A stretch of 64,000 nt of DNA from an uncultured bacterium (lineage in GTDB: Bacteria > Babelota > Babeliae > Babelales > Babelaceae): the NCBI GenBank assembly GCA_963713855.1, contig OY970209.1, positions 160,001 through 224,000 on the forward strand, given 5' to 3'. Below are positions 1-8,123 of this stretch, piece after piece. A program made the position numbers and the translations under genes. The first letter of the stretch is position 1. Every line of letters begins with the position of its first letter. Below the pieces are notes generated by a model, which saw nothing but the letters and a program-made list of their open reading frames with translations, did no database searches and was not told the DNA's origin.

Positions 1-184
1 AGGGCAATTGAAATTTTAAAGCTCGCGCAGAGGCTAAATCTTTGTCGCTGACCAAATTATTGGCGGTTAAGTAAGCCTCAAGCGTCAGCCCAGCAGCCTG
101 ACTTTCTTTACGGTACTCATCATACCGCTCTTTCGTAAGCGCTCCCTGCTCACGCAAGATCTCCCCTAGAGTTTTTTCTACCAT
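1..184 (-). CDS. N-terminal part of a GspE/PilB-family secretion ATPase (MshEN/T2SSE_N-like N-terminus); runs off the window edge
   Basis: Manual translation from ATG at 184: MVEKTLGEILREQGALTKERYDEYRKESQAAGLTLEAYLTANNLVSDKDLASARALKFQLP. It has the LGEILxxxG pattern twice (second copy degenerate) followed by LP, typical of GspE/PilB N-termini. A GGGGAGA RBS lies just upstream. The ATPase domain is not visible in the window. Confidence 0.7.
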   Translation of the reverse strand, partial: MVEKTLGEILREQGALTKERYDEYRKESQAAGLTLEAYLTANNLVSDKDLASARALKFQLP

Positions 185-331
185 ACATTCTCCCCAAAAT
201 CTTTCACAAAGTAGAATATCATAGCACATGCTATTTGCTAGAGCACGCCAATAATCGTAAACCTGTGTTCAAAAAAATTATATTCTCTTATAAATATATT
301 ACAAAAGTCATTACATTTATAGTCCTTGTTC

Positions 332-660
332 TGTCCCCAAATAAAAAATCAGGGAAGTAAGCGCCTACGCGGCGTGCGGCAGGACATTGTCCTGCACCTG
401 TTGCTTGTTTTGCATGTTACACATGCTTATTGTCTATGAGATAGACCGGAAAATCCGGTCTATCTCATTAGGCACATTTACTAAGAAAGGGAATTCCCTT
501 TCTTAGTAAATTAAACAACCATAAAAAGTTTAAGAAGGGTGTGGGGCAAGGGTCATAAAGCCTGAGTCCAGGCTTATGAGCCCTTTCATAAGAGTCAATA
601 CTATGACTCTTATGATGCCGCGTAGGCGCCTCTTTCTCTTTGACTTACTATTTAGGGACA
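332..660. repeat. Nested inverted-repeat (multi-hairpin) non-coding element; candidate structured RNA or MITE-like/cruciform DNA element
   Basis: Imperfect terminal arms at 332-374 and 616-660, with a perfect 13-bp core GCGCCTACGCGGC (361-373) / GCCGCGTAGGCGC (617-629). Internal hairpins at 379-395, 412-426, 436-468, 476-511, 511-533, 548-585 and 586-615. No ORF is listed here. Confidence 0.9.
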
Positions 661-782
661 CTCTTTAGAAACAAAAAACGAGCCAAATAACGGCCTACTT
701 GCTTGATTATCCAATGTATACTAACCTAAAAGAAGAAAGCTACTAATAATCAGCATTTAATCTTTTTAACCAGAAATCACCT

Positions 783-1640
783 ATGAACATTTTTCCCTTT
801 TTTCTAGCATCCGCTCTTTTGTGCCTTTTGGGGTGTGGGGCGTCTTCTAACCGTAAGCACGTTCGACAAGTTGATGCTGCCTATCGTGCGCTTCCCTCAA
901 AAGCTATTAGGCAGACAACCCAGGATGAAGCTCTGAGTGCCAAAAAATATCATAAAGAGCACGGGGACTTGGATTTGGCTACAAAGTATCTTGAGCACGC
1001 TTTAGCAAAAACAACTGACCATCAGCAACGAAAGGATTTTATCTTGGAGCTTGCTGACATGTACATGGAGCTCGGAGTTAAGGATAAAGCCAGTAGGCTC
1101 TACTCTCAATATAAGACCCTCTACCCGGGTAGCCCGCTTATCAAATATGTACTCTATCAAGAAGTTGCCGCAAATTACGGTGATACCCTTTCAAGCGCTA
1201 AAGACCAGACAAAAACAAAAGAAGTTATAAAGCTTGCAAAAACGTTCCTTGAAGAATTTCCGGACGATGCTGAATATGCGGCTAAAGTGAATACCATTCT
1301 TGGCGAGGCTTCATTAAAAATTCTAAGAAATGAGTTTATAACGGTTACATTCTATTTACATAAATACACCTATGCTCCAGATGCGAGTTTACTTAAAGCT
1401 GCAAAACAGCGCTTGGCCCATCTTATAAAAGAGTATCTTCACCTTATTCCGGACAACAATGAGCTTTTAAAGCTTGATGACTCTCTAAAAGCTCAAGATG
1501 ATGCACCGACATACGCCGGTCTTAAAACGATAGCCGATACCATTGAAGCGTATCTTGGTCAGCATCCAGAAGTTGAAGATACTTTTCTAGCGCGCTTTTT
1601 TACCAGTAGGCGTCATGAGCAATCGGCAAATCGGGCATGA
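783..1640 (+). CDS. bamD: Outer membrane protein assembly lipoprotein BamD-like (TPR)
   Basis: Lipobox LLGC, TPR-like helices, and YPGSP and KDQTKT...FLEEFPD..YA motifs typical of BamD/YfiO. Confidence 0.7.
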   Translation: MNIFPFFLASALLCLLGCGASSNRKHVRQVDAAYRALPSKAIRQTTQDEALSAKKYHKEHGDLDLATKYLEHALAKTTDHQQRKDFILELADMYMELGVKDKASRLYSQYKTLYPGSPLIKYVLYQEVAANYGDTLSSAKDQTKTKEVIKLAKTFLEEFPDDAEYAAKVNTILGEASLKILRNEFITVTFYLHKYTYAPDASLLKAAKQRLAHLIKEYLHLIPDNNELLKLDDSLKAQDDAPTYAGLKTIADTIEAYLGQHPEVEDTFLARFFTSRRHEQSANRA

Positions 1641-1992
1641 AGGAGAGCGCTTTGTGGGCAGCTATCTTGAGGCGCTGGGCTTTACAATAAAAGCTTATAA
1701 CTATCAACAGCGTTGCGGGGAGATTGACGTTATAGCACTTAAAAAAGACCTGCTTTTATTTGTGGAAGTAAAAGTAAGAAAAGAGCTTTACGGCACGATA
1801 GCAGACCTTATAGGACCTTCTAAGCAGCACAAAATTATTAAAACTGCAGTTTCTTATGTCGTCAGAGAGCATCCTTCGAAAGATCTTGTCTACCGGTTTG
1901 ATGTGGCCGTTTTAAAGCCAGAAGGCGCCTCTTATCGTCTCACGTATATACCAAATGCCTTTACCCCGACGGATAACCATAGGTTTATATGA
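1615..1992 (+). CDS. yraN: YraN family (UPF0102) putative endonuclease
   Basis: G..GE...YL, GEIDVIA, FVEVKVR and YRFDV motifs. Confidence 0.9.
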   Translation: MSNRQIGHEGERFVGSYLEALGFTIKAYNYQQRCGEIDVIALKKDLLLFVEVKVRKELYGTIADLIGPSKQHKIIKTAVSYVVREHPSKDLVYRFDVAVLKPEGASYRLTYIPNAFTPTDNHRFI

Positions 1993-2633
1993 AATTTGGC
2001 CTTGAATTTGCACAACGTGTTACGACAAGTATTATACTCATGTATGTACTTGTTGCGAGCTATCTTGTTGCTCCGTGGTGGATGGTGTCAGTGCTTTTAG
2101 GAACGGCACTCATGTACATCCTGGTCAAAGAGTGGCCCCATTTTCGAATTCTTTGGCTTACACCACTGTATCCGGTTCTACCTTTCTTGTGCTTGATTGC
2201 CCTTAACGAGGGCACAACAAACATGCTTCTTCCCTTTTTGTTTGTAAATGTAGCAAGTTATGACGCAGGTGCTTACTGTGTCGGTAAATTACTCGGAAGC
2301 CGCAAGCTCGTACCAAGCATTAGCCCAGGAAAAACATGGGAGGGTGCCTTAGGCGGTTTTACGATTTCTTCACTCATAACGTACGCATTCTTACTTTCTC
2401 ACCAGTACAGCCCCAGTTTTTTAAACGTGTGCTTGTCTTCGCTTATAATAAACATTGCAAGCACAAGTGGCGATATATTTGAATCATACCTAAAACGCCA
2501 GGCTGGACTTAAAGATGCCGGCTCCTTGCTTCCTGGGCATGGGGGGCTTCTTGACAGGTTTGATGGCATTTTGGGAGCCGCGCTTATTGTTTATCCTCTA
2601 CGCTCTTTTTTCATAAAGCTTGTAGGATTGTAG
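1989..2633 (+). CDS. cdsA: Phosphatidate cytidylyltransferase
   Basis: Membrane protein with SPGKTWEG and GDIFESYLKRQAGLKDAGSLLPGHGGLLDRFD signatures. Confidence 0.95.
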   Translation: MKFGLEFAQRVTTSIILMYVLVASYLVAPWWMVSVLLGTALMYILVKEWPHFRILWLTPLYPVLPFLCLIALNEGTTNMLLPFLFVNVASYDAGAYCVGKLLGSRKLVPSISPGKTWEGALGGFTISSLITYAFLLSHQYSPSFLNVCLSSLIINIASTSGDIFESYLKRQAGLKDAGSLLPGHGGLLDRFDGILGAALIVYPLRSFFIKLVGL

Positions 2634-2637
2634 CAAA

Positions 2638-3324
2638 ATGAATGAATTCATTTTTATTCTCTATGTGTTTACGTTGATTCTTTTTAACTCATGGGCGCTT
2701 ATCCTTGGAAAGTCTGCTTTAATAAGCCTTATTGCGCTTGAGTGGGTGCTTGCTAATCTTTTTGTAACAAAACAGATAACACTTATTGGATTGAATGCAA
2801 CAGCATCAGACGCGCTAGCTGTTGGCGCTACACTCGGTCTTAACCTCATACAGGAAGAGTACGGAAAGCCTGCTACGAGAAAAGCCATCATCATTAGCTT
2901 TACCTGCCTTCTTTTTTACACGATTACCTCACTTCTTCATTTAAGTTATATAAAAAGCCCGAGCGATCTATCGCAGGAACACTTTTTATTCATTCTTTCC
3001 CCAATGCCACGGCTTATTTTTGCAAGCCTTATAACTAGCTTAGTTGTGCAATATAGCGAATACCGCATCTACGGCTTTTTTTCTTCACTATTAAAAAAGC
3101 GCTTTTTTGTCCTGAGAAATTATGCATCGGTCAGCGTTACACAAGCCATCGATACGGTCTTATTTACTTTTTTAGGGCTTTATGGGGTACTGGAACACAT
3201 TGGTGATATACTTTTTATAAGCTATACGATAAAGCTCGTCACTCTTTTTCTTACAGCTCCATTTTTAGCACTTGCAAGAAAGCTAGCTCATTCGTTTTTA
3301 AAACTTACAAAACCCAATAATTAA
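2638..3324 (+). CDS. yhhQ: Queuosine precursor transporter (YhhQ/VUT family)
   Basis: Multi-TM protein with ANLFVTKQI, EEYGK and RNYASVSVTQAIDTVLF motifs; lies immediately upstream of tgt. Confidence 0.85.
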   Translation: MNEFIFILYVFTLILFNSWALILGKSALISLIALEWVLANLFVTKQITLIGLNATASDALAVGATLGLNLIQEEYGKPATRKAIIISFTCLLFYTITSLLHLSYIKSPSDLSQEHFLFILSPMPRLIFASLITSLVVQYSEYRIYGFFSSLLKKRFFVLRNYASVSVTQAIDTVLFTFLGLYGVLEHIGDILFISYTIKLVTLFLTAPFLALARKLAHSFLKLTKPNN

Positions 3325-3330
3325 AGGCTT

Positions 3331-4455
3331 ATGTTTAAATTCGAAATTATTCACACTTCTTCCCGATCGAGAGCACGCGTTGGTCGTATACACACTTCGC
3401 ATGGCATCATAGACACGCCCACATTTGTACCCGTGGGAACAAACGCAACCGTAAAAGCGCTTGATAGTGAGCTTTTAAAACAAACAAAGACCCAACTCCT
3501 TTTTTGCAACACATACCACCTTCTCGTGCATCCCGGCCCAGAAACTATACGTTCCGCAGGCGGACTTCACACTTTTATGAATTACGACGCACCGATTATC
3601 ACCGATTCCGGCGGTTTTCAAATTTTTAGCCTAGCCTACGGTACCGTACATGACGAGCTTAAAAGTAAGGGAACAAAAAAGAACGAGGGCGCTGTCATAA
3701 GAATAACTGAAGAAGGTGTCACTTTTAGGTCATATAGAGATGGTAGTATAATTCATATAACACCAGAATCGTCGATCCAAGCACAGAAGGATTACGCTGC
3801 TGATATTATCATCCCGCTCGACGAGCTTCCACCTTATCACATTAACCCGAAAAAGCTACGAGAATCACTTGATCGTACACACCGCTGGGAAAAACGATCA
3901 TTAGAGGAGCACTTGAAAAATTCGGCCGGTCAAGGCCTTTATGCAGTAATTCATGGAGGACTCGACAAAGATTTACGCCAACATAGTTGTAGCGTACTCG
4001 GTGCATGCCCTTTTGATGGATTTGCCATTGGCGGAAGCCTTGGTAAAAACCGCCAAGAAATGATCGAAATGCTTACACCGCTAATGCCATTCATACCGCT
4101 CGAAAAACCTACCCACTTACTTGGCATTGGCGATCTTGCATCTTTAGAAAGCTCCATTCCGCTAGGTATCGACTCATTTGATAGCTCACATCCGACTCGC
4201 TGTGCCCGCCACGGGTTGCTTTTTACGAGTAAGGGAGATGTAAAAATTCTACAGTCTACCTACAAAAATGATTTTTCTTCACTCGACCCGGCATGCTCTT
4301 GCACAACCTGCCGCCATTACACAAAAGCGTACCTCCATCATCTCTTTAAAGCACGAGAAATAACAGCTTATATTTTGGCCACATTGCACAATGTTACCTT
4401 CATGGCAGACCTTATGGCATCTTACAGGAAAAAAATTCTCGAGGACCAATTATGA
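3331..4455 (+). CDS. tgt: tRNA-guanine transglycosylase, Chlamydia-type
   Basis: TPTFVPVGT, CNTYHL, TDSGGFQ, HLLGIG and GIDSFDS motifs; Zn site CSCTTC...HN. Confidence 0.97.
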   Translation: MFKFEIIHTSSRSRARVGRIHTSHGIIDTPTFVPVGTNATVKALDSELLKQTKTQLLFCNTYHLLVHPGPETIRSAGGLHTFMNYDAPIITDSGGFQIFSLAYGTVHDELKSKGTKKNEGAVIRITEEGVTFRSYRDGSIIHITPESSIQAQKDYAADIIIPLDELPPYHINPKKLRESLDRTHRWEKRSLEEHLKNSAGQGLYAVIHGGLDKDLRQHSCSVLGACPFDGFAIGGSLGKNRQEMIEMLTPLMPFIPLEKPTHLLGIGDLASLESSIPLGIDSFDSSHPTRCARHGLLFTSKGDVKILQSTYKNDFSSLDPACSCTTCRHYTKAYLHHLFKAREITAYILATLHNVTFMADLMASYRKKILEDQL

Positions 4456-5216
4456 AACAACTGACATCAGTACAAAATAGCCTGGTAAAAAAAGTGTCTT
4501 CATTAAAAGATAAAAAAGGCCGCACAGAACATCAAGCATTTATAGCCGAAGGCTGGCGTTGCGTCGAGTCATTTTTAAGCAATGGTTGGATACCGGAAAA
4601 CATCTTTGTTACACGTGATGTACATTCACAGCTTTCTTTTTTACATGCGCCTGATATGCCTATAGTACTTGTAGGACAAGAAATTATTAATAGAATAAGC
4701 TCAACTAAAACACCAAGCGGCGTTGTAGCAGTTTTTTCGATACCACAGAGAAAAAAAGCTTTTAAACTAAAGCCGGGAATCGTATTAGCCGATATTTGCG
4801 ACTCCGGCAACATGGGTACACTCATTCGTACAGCTGCTGGATTTGGTCATCCAGCTGTCGTCATCGTTGAGGGATGTGACCCCTGGAGCCCAAAGGTAGT
4901 TCAAGCATCCGCAGGTGCACTCGCTTTTATAAGCATTATTCAGTTATCGTGGCAGGAGCTGTTACATGAAAAGGGAGACCTTAAACTTTGCGCATTAGTA
5001 GCTCCGACAAATACGAAAACGATCAAACCGGATCTTTGTAATGCGCTTTTAGTTGTTGGAAACGAGGCACACGGTATTTCCGATGAATGGCTTTCTACAT
5101 GCGATACTACTTTTAGTCTGCCAATGCCAGGTAAAACAGAAAGCTTCAATGCGGCTGTAGCTGGGAGTATCGCCCTTTATATACAATACGAAGCATGCTC
5201 AAGAACAACACGCTAA
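4452..5216 (+). CDS. TrmH/SpoU family RNA methyltransferase
   Basis: DSGNMGTLIRTA, VGNEAHG and ESFNAAVA SPOUT motifs. Confidence 0.93.
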   Translation: MKQLTSVQNSLVKKVSSLKDKKGRTEHQAFIAEGWRCVESFLSNGWIPENIFVTRDVHSQLSFLHAPDMPIVLVGQEIINRISSTKTPSGVVAVFSIPQRKKAFKLKPGIVLADICDSGNMGTLIRTAAGFGHPAVVIVEGCDPWSPKVVQASAGALAFISIIQLSWQELLHEKGDLKLCALVAPTNTKTIKPDLCNALLVVGNEAHGISDEWLSTCDTTFSLPMPGKTESFNAAVAGSIALYIQYEACSRTTR

Positions 5217-5226
5217 AGGCCCCACG

Positions 5227-6648
5227 ATGCTATCAGGTAAATGTTCATACTTCACCCTTTTTATAAGCTGTGTCTTACTAAGTTGCACGGCTTTTGGTAT
5301 GGAGGAAAAAAAGAAAAAAAGGCGCAAACCAAAACCGGCCGCTACACGCGTATGCAGTGAAACAAATTCGGGGTCTGATGATGGTGAGCAAGAAGCGAGT
5401 CAATCACTATGCAGACTGCTATCGGAAAGCGTGCTCAATCCTCAAGAATCAGTAACTGTTTTTATTGATTGTCTTAATATAAGACTTCTTATTCATTGCT
5501 TATTTGCTTTAAAAGATACTGAAAGAGCGAAAGCCATGATTCGTGCATTTGAAAATAAAAATCAATGCAAAGTCGCTGAGATAGCGTCGAGCATAGCGTT
5601 TTCGCAAGACTTTTTTGAGCATGCGCACAACCTACTTGAAGCCATACAAGCAGAAAATCGTCCGAAAATAGACCAGATGATTTTCGATGGTCAGGGAGAG
5701 CCCTTTCTATTATCGGCAATCGGCAATGAAGCGGTGTACGATGAAAAACTCCTAGCAGCAGAATGGCTTTTCGAGCAAGGTGTCACTTTTCTTCCCCATA
5801 GGCTGCATGCTTTAAGCACTGCTAGCATACTATGGTTTTATCAGCACCAAATAAAGATGCCCGCTCATCAAGATCAGTTGCTACGTTTACCTATGATTAT
5901 TACTGCCGCGATGCAAAGCAGCTACCAAAGCATGGAAACAGCTATAAGGCAGACGCAGCCTCTTGAAATTGAAATCGTTGGAGCACTACTTATCACTATA
6001 GCTCTTGGAGACCATAACCTTACTGAGCAACTTTTAAAAGCGTACGCAAACCTTGTGAGTCAAGCCTACCAAGAACTACTTATAATAAGAGCTGCTGCAT
6101 TTGGCCATATCGATATTCTCCACTTGGTAATAGAAACTTTCGGTGCTTCCGATTACGCTTTGCAGGAAAGCTTGCAATTTGCTGCGAGTCGGGGTCAACT
6201 GCACATGCTACGTTTTTTACTAAAAAACTACAAAAAAGAAGTTGAAAAAGTCATTGACTGCGCTTTTATAAGATCGGTATTGACTGGTCACAGCGCCGTT
6301 GCCCAATACTTATCGAAAAAAGTAGATAAGGAAACTGAACGCCATCTTGATATAAAACAAGCATTCAAGCAAGCACTCTATTTTGCAGCAACACATCGAA
6401 GATGGGGCTTTTTTTGCTGGGTACTCGATGCTGCACTGACTTATGGCATAAAATTAAGTAAGCTCCGCAAACATTTTACGTTTTTACTCAGTGAAAGTGA
6501 CGTCAGCCAATGGGTCAAAAAACATATCACCGTCGCGCTTATCTTTCTTAGAGATGAGTTTATTGAAGAAACAAGGCTTTATGGTACCCTATTCCTCTTG
6601 CCAAAAGATGTCCGCGAGATAGTCCTACAAAAACTGACTGCTTTCTGA
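5227..6648 (+). CDS. Exported ankyrin-repeat protein with basic NLS-like stretch and C-terminal F-box-like motif
   Basis: Signal peptide, then MEEKKKKRRKPK. Degenerate ankyrin repeats (AAAFGHIDILHLVI, AASRGQLHMLRFLL, SVLTGHSAVAQYL). C-terminal LFLLPKDVREIVLQKL. Confidence 0.7.
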   Translation: MLSGKCSYFTLFISCVLLSCTAFGMEEKKKKRRKPKPAATRVCSETNSGSDDGEQEASQSLCRLLSESVLNPQESVTVFIDCLNIRLLIHCLFALKDTERAKAMIRAFENKNQCKVAEIASSIAFSQDFFEHAHNLLEAIQAENRPKIDQMIFDGQGEPFLLSAIGNEAVYDEKLLAAEWLFEQGVTFLPHRLHALSTASILWFYQHQIKMPAHQDQLLRLPMIITAAMQSSYQSMETAIRQTQPLEIEIVGALLITIALGDHNLTEQLLKAYANLVSQAYQELLIIRAAAFGHIDILHLVIETFGASDYALQESLQFAASRGQLHMLRFLLKNYKKEVEKVIDCAFIRSVLTGHSAVAQYLSKKVDKETERHLDIKQAFKQALYFAATHRRWGFFCWVLDAALTYGIKLSKLRKHFTFLLSESDVSQWVKKHITVALIFLRDEFIEETRLYGTLFLLPKDVREIVLQKLTAF

Positions 6649-6721
6649 AAAGCTTTTTTAGTTTTTTAAGAAACTAAATAATATATCTGCGCTCACGCCC
6701 ATGGTCACCAAATGTTAGAAA

Positions 6722-7366
6722 TTAGTACGAATTATACGGATATAAGGCGGCATTACCATTTTGCTGATTATTTCCAAGCACAGCGTTTCTCACTCTTTCC
6801 TGCTCTGAAAGTATGAAAAGCCACACATTAGCATGGCCCGCATAAGGTCGACTTGTCCTTTCTAGTGACTCTAAATAGCTCTTGAGCTTTGCATGCAATG
6901 GCAGTTCTGTCGCGGCATAAAGTCTACCGGTGGCATCAGTGATTCGAGGATTAGCTTTATTTTCGATCAATAAGTTTAATATTTCAATTCGCAAATCGCA
7001 ATCTTGATCAGATGAGGGATCCGAAGCACCTACTACCAGGCGAGCTGCTTCGTCCATTAAGTAGCCGAGGGTTACGTTCTTAAGCAGCCATCTTAAGATA
7101 GAGAGATGACCTTTTTCAGCCGCAAGCAAAAAACATTCTTTGCTAATCCGCTCGTTTTCATCTTTATCGAGTTGAGTAGATAAAATGATCTTTCTTACTG
7201 TCCTCACATCATCGTTTTTTTCAAGGTGTTTTCTCATAGCGGTGTCTAAGGCGGAATTCTCGGACTCTCCATTTACGGGTCCGTGCTTTTTTTCTTCCAT
7301 TCCAGATACATTCAAAAATAGATTCGAGATTAGTAAAAAATAAAAAAATAAGTGCTTTATTTCCAT
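6722..7366 (-). CDS. Exported ankyrin-repeat protein
   Basis: Signal peptide followed by GMEEKK; ankyrin-like segments LAAEKGHLSILRWLL and LLIENKANPRITDATGR. Confidence 0.7.
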   Translation of the reverse strand: MEIKHLFFYFLLISNLFLNVSGMEEKKHGPVNGESENSALDTAMRKHLEKNDDVRTVRKIILSTQLDKDENERISKECFLLAAEKGHLSILRWLLKNVTLGYLMDEAARLVVGASDPSSDQDCDLRIEILNLLIENKANPRITDATGRLYAATELPLHAKLKSYLESLERTSRPYAGHANVWLFILSEQERVRNAVLGNNQQNGNAALYPYNSY

Positions 7367-7691
7367 TATAGACCTTTCATCATTTTGATACCTAATAGTA
7401 TTACATTTTTAATAAAACTCAAGTTGCAGTTGCTCACTGCTTTGTACTTTTTTTAACTTTTCATAGTTGTTAGTCCCAGTGATACAAGTTAGAGATAAGC
7501 TAACTAAGCTCTTAGCCACGGCGGGTCATTGGAACTATTGAAACTCCGTTAAGCCAAACAACTTGAGCAATTGGAGCTTCTTTTTAGTTGATGGTGCTTT
7601 TGCTTGCGTACTATTTTGACTTCTTGATCGCCTTAAGAAAATCTGATAAAATATACATAACTAACTAATGATTTACGCGAGGATTTACAAC

Positions 7692-8054
7692 ATGTCAAAA
7701 TCGACGTTTTTGTGCACAGTCTTCTTATTCTTAGTTTCAGCGAACTTTTATACTACTTTATTAGCAAAAAAAGGGTGCGAAATATATCAAAATTATGATA
7801 ACGCAGAGGTCCGTTATAAAGACCTTCAACGTTTTCTAGCGCGTATGATAGCTAGTTCTTTAGAAGCTCATAGGAAGGTTAATCTTAAACATAAAAGATC
7901 GGGAAAAGAAATCTGCTCCGAACTGTCTTGGCTACATTGTAGTAAAGAAATAAAACGTATGGCGCCAGCTTATGAGCCTGATGATTTGATAACTATAACA
8001 AGCTATCAAGTAAAAGATACCTGCAACGAAAGCACTATTTCAGACGAGCTTTAA
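7692..8054 (+). CDS. Small exported hypothetical protein ending in SDEL
   Basis: ORF 7668-8054. ATG 7692 is preferred because it follows a GAGGA RBS and starts a signal peptide (MSKSTFLCTVFLFLVSANFYTTLLA). Confidence 0.65.
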   Translation: MSKSTFLCTVFLFLVSANFYTTLLAKKGCEIYQNYDNAEVRYKDLQRFLARMIASSLEAHRKVNLKHKRSGKEICSELSWLHCSKEIKRMAPAYEPDDLITITSYQVKDTCNESTISDEL

Positions 8055-8123
8055 ACGCAAGCCAATCATCATTTGGTTTTATAAATAACTGCGATCATAA
8101 GCGTACTACGACAATTCTCAAAC

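Noticed and set aside
332..660. The structured element as RNase P RNA, tmRNA, tRNA or a CRISPR array
   Set aside because: No GAGGAAAGUCC P4 motif, no tRNA-like ends or T-loop/CCA, and no repeated direct-repeat/spacer pattern; each hairpin has a different sequence.
321..670. Target-site duplication flanking the putative terminal inverted repeats
   Set aside because: The flanks (..ttgttc | ctcttt..) show no convincing direct repeat, so a DDE-type MITE call is not supported.
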